Below, one piece after another: positions 1-14,270 of a stretch of DNA of 64,000 nt. The stretch lies in assembly GCF_009914755.1 (NCBI RefSeq), contig NC_060929.1. One strand, 5' to 3'. Position 1 is the first letter of the stretch. Each line of letters starts with the position of its first letter. The position numbers and the translations under genes are program-made. This stretch comes from the human T2T-CHM13v2.0 reference genome, Homo sapiens. The notes beneath the pieces were generated by a model. The model was not told where the DNA came from, ran no database searches, and saw only the letters and a program-made list of their open reading frames with translations.

Positions 1-2486
1 CCAATATATCTGTAAATATTGGGAGGATGGGAGTAACGGTGTCACAAGTTTGTTCTGTCTCAGCAAAGTCTGAAGTTTAAGAAATTGGCCACGGCTTTAG
101 GTGCCCATTCAGGAATACTTTGAATATAAGCGCTTGTTAAAATTATTGGAGTGTTGATTTTGCTCAGAGAAAATGTATGGGGTGAGATACGCAGAGAGGT
201 CTGGGAATTAGGTTTATTATCAACGTGTCAATGAGAGACACCCCTGAAGTAAGCCAGAAAGAAATAGATATATAAGGATAAAGAAGTATTTTAAAAGTTT
301 AAATCTAATTATAACACAGATATTCTAAATATATTTTTCATATGGGAAGATTTTTTAAAAAATATTACTGTTTCTTTCCTTCACTCTGTAATTTATTTCA
401 GTCTTTGACAAGTAGGTGGTTTTGTGGGAGACTAGGAACAACTGTGAGAAGGAGCAAACATTTCAATCACCAACAAATATCTTTGATACAAATATTATTT
501 TTGCTCTTGCACTTCAGAGGCCCAATAATGTCCTTACTAAATCAATGATAATTATCCTTTCACACCTGATATGCATCTTCAGCGCCATTCAGGTGTTTTT
601 ATTTAAATTTTTAAAATGAGCATCTTTTTAATCAGCAAAAATTTCATTTTCAAAATTCAAAATTTTCTCTTAAAATATATATTCCCCAGCCAAGTGCTCT
701 ACAGCCAGTGATGAATTTAAGTTTTGCATGCCTAACTTTTTTCCTTAGTTTAGATAACTGCTTTTCAAGGTTTCCCCAGGTAGATATCTAGTGGTTTGAA
801 ATGCATTTTAACTTTTGATAGAATCTGGACTTAATGCCACAGTAAACGGAATGTAACCAATAGAATCAATACAAAAAGATCTGGAATCTTTTCTATGTTC
901 TGACAATATCCCAATGTGCTGTGCTGCTAGCTCACTGGCTGGAGAAGAGTACAAAGAAAGTAAGGAGAAAACTGTATTGATCATATTCTCTACAGGCCAG
1001 AACACAGTGCTGGCCACATAGTTGAGATTCAGTGAAGATGCCTTACAGCCACCTGTTTTGTGAAATCACCAAGAAGGTTTAAAATGCAAACTATGCAGAA
1101 TGTTGATGTGAAAGTCATATTACAATTAAAAAAGACACACCTTTTCATTGCTAAATAATTGATACAAACATTGAGTACCTTACTGCTAATTGCATAGCAA
1201 AATATTTTCACTTAACTATCAAGAACTTGCAAAATAAGAGTTTGTACATATTTGGAATATAGAGTTATTTTAGAAAACACAGGAAAACTAGGTCATGGTT
1301 TCTTTTCTTTGTTTATTCAGTGTTTTTAATTATTTGAAAAGCTCTCTGTCGGAATATATTCTTTTCTTTTAGGAGCACATAATTGGCAAGTTTTTTAAAA
1401 TAATAATCATAATGTATAATATTGTAACAGTCATTTGATTAAATCAAGATGTATTACATTATACCAGAATTTCATCATCTGTCTTGGAAAATCTTTTTAA
1501 TTGACCAAATAGCCAACATTATAGCACATGGTTATTTTCTAAATCAAACAAAGCCACCGGGAGGAAATAAACTTCCCTTAGAAATAACCACTCTATATAA
1601 GACATGCAACAGTCCTCTTTAGCTTTGTTTTGAACCAAAGGACATGACCCTCCATTAACTCTGCCCTCACCATTTCCCCATGAGATAGACTAGACAGCAT
1701 GACTATCAGATGTTTTAGTGAATAATCCTTGACCTTCAACAACTGAACACAAAGTGTTTTTGTTGTGTCTATTGCACTTTATAATTGCAAAATTCTTCAT
1801 TCATTAGCTAAACCTCTTTTCCTCTGGAATAGGTGAGTGTTCAGCATCAGTACCACTTCTGCTGTGCCAGTTAGGAAAGTGAGAAACAGGGTCAAATGGC
1901 CTTTTTTCATGTCTTATATTTGACAGCCAGGATGCTGATTTTCAAAGAGCACAGTGGGAAAATAAAATAACTGACTAATTTATAATAATTATAGAGGAGA
2001 CTGGAAAGAATGACAGGATATTTGCAGAGAGATTTAATGTACTTAATTAATTTGACCTCAACACCAACAGAAAGGTTTGCAAGTAGAGTTCTCCTAGGTG
2101 TGTAGTATTTAAGGATGTTAATTTTAATGAGCACATTTATTATAAAACGATGTTTTCTTTCACTGTGATTTTAAAACAGGTGTAGTTTAAAAGCTCTCTT
2201 TTTCAAACTTATTCCCTTTCAACACAAAGCAAAGAAAAAGTTATGGCTCTGAATAAATGAGGTTACACTTATTTTATGGAAATCACACACTCAGGAGATC
2301 AAGTGTCTTGGAAGCCAATTAATTTATTACTAATATTAAGGGGCATGTACTTAGAAATGTACTTACAACATCAATTATGTTCAACTATCTATCATAACAA
2401 ATTTTACTGGCAAATGTATGGTATTCCAATGGATCATATTTTATACGCTATTTTTACCAAGAATAAGCCATTTGACATACACTTCT

Positions 2487-2627
2487 GAAAAAGGAAAGAA
2501 AAGCAAAGGAAAGGAAATAAGGAAGAAAACAAGAGGGGATAAAAAGGAAAGAAGAGAAGGAGAGGTAGAAAAAAGAGTGAGGAAGGAGAGTAGAGAGGGA
2601 GATCAAAAGAGGGGGAGATAAATAAAA
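2487..2627. repeat. GA-rich (polypurine) low-complexity tract
   Basis: About 140 bp almost entirely A/G (aaaggaaagaaaagcaaaggaaagg...gagggggagataa). Confidence 0.8.
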
Positions 2628-3374
2628 GTAAGCCACTATGGAATATAAGCTTAGCATTTTAGCAAATAAAAACGCATGAAATGTGCTCATAAAATAAAAA
2701 GCTGTCTAATCTTGTAATAAATTTGCATTTCTATTTAGCAAAATACTGCAATGAGAAGGATTTCGAAGATGTCTCCTGCAAGAATTTGTCAGCCTTTTGT
2801 TAAAACATACACCTCTTTTGGAATACTAGATATGAACCTATTTGTCATATCATGATTATTTTTATATTAATGTCTACACTCTGTTCACATATAACATTTC
2901 TGCTTTTTTACAATCTGCTTTGGCCTATTCTATCTTCTTGTTCTCGATTTGCAAAAATATTCTGGAAATGAAAAACAGTCACATTATTGAAAGATTTGTA
3001 AAATATGGAAAACTAGGATATCCTAAAGGAAATATTGCAGATGGGAAGCAGCATTGTTATATTGCTATTTCAAATGTGTCCTCCATTACCATTTTCTTGG
3101 GCAGTTAATTATTTTTTGAACAGTCTTCCACTTTTAGGAGTAAAAAATAGAAGTAAATATTCATTTTTATTCTTTGAATGGGGGCTAGATCAAGGAGAAT
3201 AATCTTACTAATAAGAAGATGGGTTTATTTAGTGATTATTCATTAGTCATGATTATCTCTCCGTGAATCTTAGAATTTTTCTATGGTATTATTTTACCAG
3301 TAAGCTATTTCTGACAAGGGAATTGTATTTTCACTCAGCATTAGAATCCTCCACTAACAAACGATTAATCTCAC

Positions 3375-3524
3375 CTTCTTGTATTCTATATTTATTTATT
3401 TCTCACTCATCCAAAGTCAACTGTGAATCTGGGCAAATCTCCAGAAAGCTGTCCTCAATGTGATGGCTCATCAGTTCCAAAATCATCTCCTGTTTCCATA
3501 CTTGGCATGGCCCTGGGAGGAGGA
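3375..3524 (-). other. Candidate 150-nt non-coding or alternative internal exon of the minus-strand gene
   Basis: Minus-strand acceptor ctctttattgtccag| at 3525 and donor AAG|GTGAGA at 3374; motif evidence only. Confidence 0.25.
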
Positions 3525-3868
3525 CTGGACAATAAAGAGCCAGCAATTAACTTCTCCTTCAGGGAAGTGATTGTCCTACTGTGTCATTTTCACTTAGTAA
3601 ACTAAGTTAGAGGCCAGCTAATTTCAATGATGTTGGAAACTGCAATCTTCCTTTGTTCCCAGAGAGAGAGCAGCTGAGCTATTGTTCAACTGTAGCAATG
3701 TCTGCATAGGAAGAGTATGGTATGAATTCTTTCCTTCACAACCAGTTACATGAAGGGTGATCTGTGGAATACAAAATTTCAAATAGTGCAAGAGGATTTG
3801 GACAAGGAATCAATGCCTACTCTAAAAAGAAATAATTATGTGACACTAGGCACAGAAAATCCTGGTGC

Positions 3869-3889
3869 TTTTTTTTCTTTTTTTCTTTC

Positions 3890-3921
<32 letters not shown>

Positions 3922-4208
3922 GAGACAGAGTCTCGCTCTGTTGTCCAGGCTGAAGTGCAGTGATGCGATCTCAGCTCACCACAACCTCTTCCTCCTGGGT
4001 TCAAGTGATACTCCTGCCTCAGCCTCCTGAGTAGCTGGGACTACAGTCATGCACCACCATTCTCGGCTAATTTTTTTTTCTTGTATTTTTTGTAGAGACA
4101 GGGTTTCACTATGTTAGCCAGGCTGGTCTCAAACTCCTGACCTCCTGATCCACCTACCTCGGCCTTCCAAAGTGCTGGGATTACAGGCATGAGCCACTGC
4201 GCCCAGCC
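3869..4208 (-). mobile_element. Alu SINE (AluS, Sg-like)
   Basis: Poly-T tail then reverse-complement Alu dimer ending gcccagcc; TSD-like aatcctggtgcttt / agtcctgatgcttt. Confidence 0.95.
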
Positions 4209-4817
4209 AGTCCTGATGCTTTTTAAGGGGCTTTTTATGTTTTAACCTCCAATCTTTCTACATAACATGGACAAAATTTTATTGAAATGCCTCTTTTCCA
4301 CTGAGTGCAAGAAAGCCGTGTAAACTAACAATTGTGATGGGCTGTTTTGAATTCAGGTGTTTATTCAAAAAAAAATTAAACAAAGTTGTAAGTTTCCTGT
4401 TATAAAATTGCCGCAATTCCATTACAGCGAATTCTGAAAACTAAGGGTAACCATGTAAATAAAGTGATCCCTACAATGAATACTGTAACTATTTCCACCA
4501 TGTCTTTGGGAAATTCAAGGCTGTGACCAATCCAGAACTCCTGCTTTCATTCATTTTCTGAAATTTCTTATCTGAACTTCTTCATGCCAATGGAACTATC
4601 ATTTAATGAGAGATATAAATTGAAGCTAAAGAAGAATATCATATAAAGTCTTATGTAGACATGAACTTTGTTCTTTTCAATACTATACACATAATGCTTA
4701 GAGCAACAGAGTGTGACAGTAAATATTGATTTAGTGACCTAATATATAAATGAAAGAAAGACACAAAAAATAATATAATCTTGGGACATCAAATTCACTA
4801 TAAAATAATCCCAAATA

Positions 4818-5117
4818 GGCAGGTATGGTGGCTTATGCCTGTAATCCCAGCACTTTGGGAGGCTGAGGGAGGAGGATCGCTTGAGCTCAGGAGTTCGAGA
4901 CCAGACTGGGCAACACAGTAGACCCTGTTTCTACGAACAAAAATTTTAAAAAAATTAGCTGGGTGTGGTCCTAGCTCCTCTGAAGGCTGAGGCAGGAGGA
5001 TTGCTTGAGCCCAGCACGTTGAGGCTACAGTGAGCCATGATCTTGTCAGTACACTTCAGCCTGGGCAACAGGGCAAGATGCTGTCTCAAAAATAAAAATT
5101 AAAATAAAATAAAATAA
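4818..5117 (+). mobile_element. Alu SINE (AluJ)
   Basis: ggcaggtatggtggcttatgcctgtaatcc...ggaggatcgcttgag (J diagnostic), A-rich tail, TSD aaaataatcccaaata / aaaataatcctaaata. Confidence 0.95.
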
Positions 5118-6315
5118 TCCTAAATACATAAAGAAAAAATCGTATAATTAAAAAAATGTTATTAGGTCCTTCAGACTATTGCCATATGTCAGATAAACAA
5201 TTTGTATTACACAGAAACATATGTCAAAACACCAATAGGTTGTTGACATTTTAGTCATGTAAAAATATGTTATTATGAAGAGAGTAAAGGATCACATCAT
5301 ACTTTTCAATGTACATTCTGGATGAATTGAAGTGTTGAACATTTTATGACATGTTGCTTTATATTATGGCTTGAGTTATACTAGACCATGAAATTAAAAC
5401 AGGCTGATTAAATATAATTAGATAATAAACATTAAATAGAATTTACATGGAAACTATACTTAGCTGTTGAGTCATAATATGATCATGGTAGATAGAAGCC
5501 TAATTTTGCTATTTCTTTGACGTGGAAGTTAAACAGTTGAAAGAAGTGTGCTTGGAAGCCAGTGTGTAAAGGAATAGACCTACTGCTCTGTCCTATATAT
5601 CAATTTGGTGAAACGGGTAGCATACTTCACAGATTCCTCTACCCGATGGTTGCTGATTGAGAATTGACCAGAAATGCAATTTCAGCACAATTTGAAGGCA
5701 GAAGTGAAAAAATAACCATTATTCTCCAAGGTCATTGTAGGGAGATATTTGATGGAAAGATCCAGAGGGGGCAAGTGGGCCCAGCTTGTCCTTGCTTTGC
5801 CATTTTCTTCATTCAGCTCTTAACCCTGATGACGGTCATGCTGAAAAACAGCAGCCTTAAGCACTCATCTCTATTTCCTTGGCTGTAGACCCGTAGAAGT
5901 AGTTGTTCAAAGGGGGCAACAGCTTCTTGTAGACCTCTTATGAGCACCCTATCATGGTCCCACCATCCTAGTGGCTGAATGTGCTTGGATTCCCAGATTT
6001 TCTTGCCAACTTTGACTGGTTCACCTGCACCCGTGCTTCAGGCAGCAAAGAGAGTGGCTTATTCTCTCTGATCCTCAGCCTCCACCTTCCAGACTCTCAC
6101 TTCCTCAGCTTACAACTCATTTGTGTAAGTCATTCTAAAATTGAATCTCTTGTTCTCATAAAATTTAGAATGGGCTCTATTTCCATGACTGTAGCATAAC
6201 TAATAAAACTGATTCACTGGTTAATTTTATTAATATTGAAAGAACAATAGCAACACCTCCATTAAAGGCAGGCAAAGGGGGATTTACCTAAAGGTAATAT
6301 TCATTTCTTAAAATG

Positions 6316-6326
6316 GGTGTGTGAGA

Positions 6327-6368
<42 letters not shown>
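6316..6368. repeat. (TG)n microsatellite occupying the tail of the adjacent Alu
   Basis: TG run lies inside the TSD ttaaaatg (6308-6315 / 6657-6664). Confidence 0.9.
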
Positions 6369-6370
<2 letters not shown>

Positions 6371-6656
6371 TTTGAGATGAGGTCTCACTCTGTTGTCAGG
6401 TTGGAGTGCAGTGGCATGATCTTGGCTCACTACAACCTCTGCCTCCTGGGCTCAAGGGATCCTCTCTCCCACCTCAGCCTCCTGAGTAGCTAGGACTACA
6501 GGCACACGCCACAATGCCAGGCTAATTTTTGTATTTTAATAGAGATGGGATTTCATCATGTTACCCAGGCTGGTCTTGAACTCTTGGCTCATGCAATCCA
6601 CCCACCTCAGCCTCCCAAAGTGCTGGTATGATAGGCATGAGCCACTGTGCCCAGCC
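6369..6656 (-). mobile_element. Alu SINE (AluJ, Jb-like)
   Basis: Reverse-complement Alu with ctgggctcaag / gatcctc J-type motifs. Confidence 0.93.
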
Positions 6657-6925
6657 TTAAAATGTATAGATTAGCCTTTTAGGCAAATTTGTCACTTAAG
6701 ATAAAAGTTTTTGTTGTTGGTAGTGTCGGTGTTTTTGTTAACACGATTATGTCTACTCAATATATTTGAAAGTTTCTTATTCTTTCTATTGCTTTCTTGA
6801 TGTAGCATAGATTTTTTTGTAGGACAAGAGTTAGAAAAATTAAGGGGTTAAATATCATGCTACAACAAAAGGGGTTAAATATCATACAACAACAAAATAG
6901 ATGAAAATATTTACAATTTATTTAA

Positions 6926-7335
<410 letters not shown>

Positions 7336-7768
7336 AACACTTGAAATTACTTATACCCTTCACGGTTTATAAACTCTAATTTGCTTTAAGTCAACTTAAC
7401 TACAAACCCAGAAACACATAAGTAGACACATGTTTGTACACGTGCTTGTATAAATGCACAACCACAATTTCATTGTAGTTTGTAAATGGCTGAACATTTA
7501 AAAGCATAAAGGGTAAAGTAGCTAAATATTCGATGCAAAAAGAATGGCAGGCAGAGGTAATTTTACCTCTAATTTATCCTCTACCACCATTGAGGAGTCT
7601 TTATAAACAATAAGTTAAAACTCTGATTTTAATTTGTCAAGTGCGATTGAAACCACAAAATTAGTCACACACAAACCAGAACAAACTAAGTACTGCAGAT
7701 GCTGCAGATGTTTCATTTTTCAGTTTTAAAATTCAACCATATTTTTCTTATTATAAGCAAATATATAA

Positions 7769-8084
<316 letters not shown>

Positions 8085-8174
8085 AAACGAATGCATGCAT
8101 ACTCATGCTAATAAATGCTTGGGTATGCTTATACCACACTAAAATCACATAAATAACTCTGGCATAATACAGTG

Positions 8175-8260
8175 ATTTATATATATTATATATTTATATA
8201 AAAGCTATATATAATATGCTATGTTATTATATATTATACATATAATCTGTTTACAGATAT
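8175..8260. repeat. (TA)-rich low-complexity tract
   Basis: Degenerate tatatatta repeats. Confidence 0.7.
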
Positions 8261-9460
8261 ATAGCAAACACTTACTATATGTTAGTCTGTTAGACACTGT
8301 TCTCATCTCTTGAAATATATGAGCACACAAGACAAAGATCTCTGTTCTCCAAGTGTTTACATTCCAGAAAGGAGAGGTGGAAGTAAATAATAAATGTAAT
8401 ATAAGAAAATAAAAACGTAGACCAGGATAAGGAAATTGTATTATACAGTTTTATACAATTTGCATATTAAATAGAGAGGATAGCCTTCATAGAGAAGGGG
8501 GATTCAAACAGAGGCTTGAAGGTAACTAGCCAAGTAGGTGGCTGGTAATCAGTATCCCAGTCAGAGGGAACAGCTAGCAAAGGTGGGAGTAAACCTCCTA
8601 AGTTCCAGGAAAAGCAAGAAGAGTTGGACAGAGCTGCAGAAGAACAAGGGGAAGGATGCAGGGAAAACGGATCAGAAATAAAATGAGGCGGCACAGACTA
8701 CACAGACACTTGGTACTTCCTCTAAGGTAAGTTGGGAACTACCAGTTGATTTTTACCAGACAGGTGACATGATCTGCCATATTCTAAAAGAATAGCATTT
8801 TCTCTTGAGGCTAATCTTTGGAGAACTAGAAGCAGTAATTTGGATAAGCAATTACTACTACGGGAGTCATGGTGACAAGAGAGCAACAGATGAAAATTGG
8901 TAGGATCCTACACATACTGTGGATGTAGAGACAACAGGATCTGCTGGCAAATTAGATATGCAATGTGAGTGAAATAGAGGACATAAAAGGGCTTGATTGA
9001 GAGACTTCACCTTGAGTAATTGGAAGGATGGAGTTGATGTTGACCGACATCGTGAAATCTGAGCATAGAATATGTTTGTGAGTGAAGACCTATAATTCAT
9101 TTTGGACGTGTGAATTTGGAATGTCTATTAGATATCCAAGTAGATATGCCAAAAAAAAGTTGAGTATAGGAGATTAGATTTTGGGAGAGCTGAGCTGGGA
9201 AATATATATTTGGGAGTTTTCAGCATATGGTGTTTAAAACTATGAAGTTGGATGAGATCTCTAAGGGCGTGGGTGTAGATAGACAGGAGAAAACTAATGC
9301 TGCTCCAACACTGAGGGGAGAACAGAAGAAACTAGCAACTGGAACTGAGAAGGAATAGCTAGTGAGGCAAAAGGTAAAACCAGTCATGTGGGCATCTGAA
9401 AATCCAACTTTAAGAACTGTGTTGAGGAGGAGGGAAGAATTAACTGAGTCAAATAAACAT
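8260..9460 (-). mobile_element. L2 LINE fragment (L2a-like 3' part)
   Basis: Resembles antisense L2 consensus: caaacacttactatatg...acaagacaaagatctctg; ttttggacgtgtgaatttggaatgtctattagatatccaagtagatatg. Confidence 0.8.
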
Positions 9461-11292
9461 TATGTAAATTGTATACAAAGAGTAGTCTACACTTATGCAT
9501 TTTTGAGTTGGCAGGAAATTTTTGGAAGAATACTTAGGAAGCTGCTGGTTTGAGCAACTGTCTCTTGGAAGTGAGATGGCAGGTGAAAAGAAAGGGAGAT
9601 GAAGTGTTCAACACATTCAGCTATAACCACATGGTTCCGCATGCATCCCATGCATAATAAAATATGAAAATATACTTAAAATAACAATAATCATGTAGGT
9701 GGCAAAAAATACTTGAGATGACAACAGAACAGGTGAAAAACCTCAAACAGGTTATATTTGAAAACTTTTTTAAAATGAAAACCAATCCTCATAATAGCAT
9801 CCATGGAACTAGTACTGCCACGGAACCCCAAATCAAATTCTGTTAGTCATGACTGGGACTAAACTTTACTTCTACATGACTTCTTTTAAAATGCAAACAC
9901 GTTACCTGAAATGTATAATGTTAAATATGCAATCTAAAAAGTATTTTAAATGGAAGATGGCTAAAATTATATATGCATAGACAGCTAAAAAAAAACTGTA
10001 TGCAACATAAGGAAAAAATCAAAGTTTTTAGACCCTGTAAACATGAATGACAGTAGGTTGTAGTGTCTGAGAGGAGGGATTTACGATCCAATACATGGCT
10101 GCCCATGAAAGACATGGCCCATTAGAGTGTATGCAAGAGAGTTTTTTGCAAGAGAGTTACAGAGACAAAAAAATAGTCAAGGACCAGAGCTTAATAGAGT
10201 AAATAATGTGGAATGGGGTAATAACCAAAGATTTATTGGTGTTGTAGGCCAAGAGTACATGGTTAGTCAGGATAAAGACAAGGTATCATTAATGTGGCAA
10301 GTTACAAGTTATGTGTTCACTCTAGAACGAAAGATGAAATCCCATAGTAAAATTTAAAATGTTAAACTACTTGGATTTTTCAATATGAGATCAGTTAATA
10401 ATGAAAGTATTTCCAGAAACAAAGAAAGGTTGGGAAATACAGACTATGAGAGGTTTTAATATTTTTGCGATTAGTCATCAAAAAACAATCAAACTTAATT
10501 CTATCATGGTAATACTCCCTAATGCAGTTTTCTAAATCTATTTTAAACAACAAGCAATAAGCCAAAGGAAAAGTGAGATAATGCCTTTATACATATTGTA
10601 ACTGTGTTTACTTTTCTCAGTTTCTACCAGAGAAAAGGCAGGTGCATTTTTTTGGTATGTTTGTGTAAAGTGAATTTGGCTTTACTTTTTCAAATTGAAA
10701 TTATCTTATTTTCATAGAGTTTGAAACTTTTCTTGGCATTAAAGAATAGAAGAGTAAATGCATTTACAAAAATTTGTTAAATAACCATTAATGAATATAT
10801 CTTGGTGCTGCGTTAAAGTTATTAATCATAGCTTTGTGACTGGGAAGGAAAATATAGTAATTTTTCAGGGTAGCTCTCTGTGAATCCACAATACTGGGGA
10901 AGTCTTCCCCAATTCTATCTGTGAAAACACTCATAACTTACCAGTTATCCATGGTGACATGAACTAATGGACCATCTTTAAATAAATTCACTAAGAGTTC
11001 CAGAATATGGCACAATGTTCTTTTTCTCTGTAGTACTGTGAAATTAGCATCAAACACAGAAGAATTCACTATTCTTTACCTCCCCCATGGTTGTCATCTC
11101 TACACTGTAAATCATAGAGCCAGAAAAAATGAAGTTGTTTTCCTCCTGTCATTCATATTTCATAGCTTCCTCTATTGTGTGAAAGTATTTCATTTTTAGG
11201 AAGGATCAATGCCAAAAGAGTTTATTACCTTCTATCAGAAGCATTTAGCTAGCTTTAGAGATCTCACTGAAGAAGTTGTTCTTAACATTTGT

Positions 11293-11327
<35 letters not shown>
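11293..11327. repeat. (TG)n microsatellite
   Basis: Pure TG run. Confidence 0.95.
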
Positions 11328-11330
<3 letters not shown>

Positions 11331-13131
11331 CATACACATGGGTAATAAACATGAAATGTGAAGGCACTGCAAAAATGTTTTGAAAGATATTTAAAATATA
11401 TTTCCAGTGCATTTTCTTTATTTTCTTGACTGCTTACCACAGACACATGCTTCTAGAGAGACTACAGAATTAAAAAGAAAACAGACATCTAAAGAAAGCA
11501 ATTATCATGTTGGCACTGTAAAGCAGGATTTTGGCTGTTTGATAAGACATTTATAAGAAATATGACTTTTTAAAAAGTTAATGAGTACATTCAATGTCCA
11601 CCAGCCTTGTCTCACTGTGTAGGGCTGTGTCTTTTTGCATGTTTTTGTATTAATGCATGAGGAAACAGGGGCAACTGAGAAATGGGAGTATAATTATAAG
11701 GATGCTTATTTGTATACAACCTGCCCATGGTTTTTCCATCCTTCATCAAGATAAAAAAGAGAAAATGCCTGTCATTCTGTTCCGGAAGACATCCAGATGA
11801 ACTGTGAATAAGCAGCTGTTATTCTCACAAGAAAATTGACTGAAATTTCATACTCGGTAAAAAATAATTTATCTGCAGTCATCATACACAAAGCTTCATG
11901 GAGTTACACATTAAGGTTTCCTATAATAACTTGGAAATCTACAGGAACAAGGGCAGGGCTTTGACTCATTATTTGGATGTGAATACATGACCCACATTAA
12001 TGTTAGAGATAATGGGCAACTTAGCACACTCCAAATCAAACAGCTTCATGATCCATCATTAACCTAAGTGAGCTTTCACTTTACTGAAGCAGCCCTCTAA
12101 ATGAATAGGTCATTGCCTGCTTAAAAACTCAAAGATCTGTTAATATTCCAAGGACTTAGAGTCTATTAGATCAGACAATCTGAGCTTGTACAAAATTGTA
12201 GGCACACTGGATAGCTAACATCCTTTGGTGTATATATAAATATTTTAAAGAACATTCTTTGATACTTGATTTAAACAGGGAACACTGCATTTGTGACATT
12301 ATTCTGCATAAATGTGCATATGTGTCAAGTTCAAAGAAAAAGAAAAGACTCTGTAGAGAGATACTCCACAAGAGGAAATAAGTTTCCACTCTAAGCTGAC
12401 TTTCATAATGCAATTAAATCCATTAGAGAGAATGGAATTTCAAATACTGTTCAAATTAAGGCAGTGCAGTTAGAAGCAGCAGCAATTCAGGAAGAATTAG
12501 CAATGCCCTTCTGAAGAGAGCTACTGAATTAAATCTCGGAGGGCTTTAAGATTAAGTCATTTAATTGCTACTTTAGGAGCTCCAGACAGTGCATAGAGTT
12601 GAGTCCAGGTGTTAATACTGATTCTTCTCTGTTCTCTTCATATAACAAAACTGAATCTTAGAGCCAATTAAGGCAAACTTGAAAGGCCTTCTTCCCCCTT
12701 TTCAGTATGCTCCGGGTGTTTTATTTTAATTGTAGACAACACGGGAAATTGAGCACATTATACATAGTGAGATATTATTAAATCTTGAGTTGAAAAGATA
12801 ACCAATATTCATCCATATTATTTTGCCTTAAGTTGCAAAAACTTGTTTTTTGTAGAAGGACACTCACATTGTGTTTATTTTATTCCCCTAATCATTTTAA
12901 CAGGAGAACACAGTTTCTGTACCAAATCCTAACACTAATAACATCACCAGCTAATGATTAGTACATTTATAGGCCAAGGTAAATGCATGAATAAATTACA
13001 ATAGAAAGTACTATAATTCACGAGTATGTCTCACACCCCTCCCTCAAGATATCCACTTTTAACATATTATGATGTAAATTGCTCAAACTCCTTTAATAGG
13101 CATACTTTTGGGTGAATTTATGCACTCTTAT

Positions 13132-14270
13132 CCATTCCTTCATTTATTCGTTCACCAAACAAAATGGATTGAGGGCTGCTATGTGCCCTCTATGTGCGAC
13201 TATTATAGGGCTTTCCTCATGGGGCTTGCATCATCATATGATATGAAGTAGGTCCTATTTTATAAAATGAAGTTGGATAAGGGTAGAGATGATTCTTCTG
13301 CAGAAGAAAGTGCTACTTTCAGACAATTGTTAGAGAACATCACTCTGATGTAATGACAATAAAACCAAGATTTACATGAAACAAAGGGGGATGCTGGGTG
13401 AGCGCCAAGGCCTTGTGGCAGTGTTGAACTTGACGTAATGAGAAAGGAAATGGAGGGGCTTGACAAGATATTGGTTTTAAGCCATGGGAAGTACTTTGAT
13501 ACTATATCGGAGAGTGTACATCTGCTACTGTGTAATGAGTTGGGGTCGGGGAGAAGGGAGAGTATAAAAGTAGAAACAGAAATATCTGTTTAGAGACTAG
13601 TGTACAGTCTAGATGTGAGACAATAGTGTCTGGAGCGAAGGTGACTGTGGTATAGGAAGTGAGGTTACTGGATTGAAGTTACTGGGTTTTTGAAGTTACT
13701 GGGTTGAAGACATATTTAGAGAAGGAAGTCAGGAAGCAGTAGAATTGATATTGTACCACATGTGGGTGGAATGGAGAGGAGCAAAGTCTCAGAAGTGACC
13801 CTTAGGTCTTAAGAAATTGGATGGATAATTATGTTATTTACTGAGATAAAGAAGATTAGGAAAATGGGTATATTTAGGGTGCGGTAAAGAGGGGCAGAAA
13901 TGAAAAGTCTGGTTTTGAACAAGTTGGGTTTCAAGTGACTGTTAGATTCCTAGATAGAAATATTGAGCAGGCATTCTGAATTGAAGTCAGCAGAGGGATT
14001 AGAAGTAAAGGCATAGATTTGGAAAAAGCATCCAGATGGCATTTAAACCCATGCTACTGGATGCAATTACCCCTTCAGTGATTCTCTAGATAGAGAGATG
14101 AGTGGGCCTATGATGGTATCCTGGGATGCTCTGATAGATGTATTTACAGGTCAAAAGACACAGAGAACTCAGAAAAAGAGAATAAGAAGAAGCACTCAGT
14201 GATGAAAGAATAAAACCAGAAACTAATAAAGAAAAAGCAGATGAAAGATTTAATGTGAAAAAAATCATCT
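13132..14270 (-). mobile_element. L2 LINE fragment
   Basis: ccattccttcatttattcgttcaccaaac (L2 3' end, antisense) and ggttttgaacaagttgggtttcaagtgactgttagattcc. Confidence 0.75.

Noticed and set aside
5895-5927. Hairpin agaagtagttgttc-aaagg-gggcaacagcttct flanked by tgtagacc direct repeats
   Set aside because: 14-bp stem with three G-U pairs and a mismatch; too short for a pre-miRNA and no match to an RNA family I recognise
13661-13709. Three copies of a gaagttactgg-like unit resembling a short repeat array
   Set aside because: Simple slippage repeat inside an L2; no spacers, and a CRISPR interpretation does not fit primate DNA
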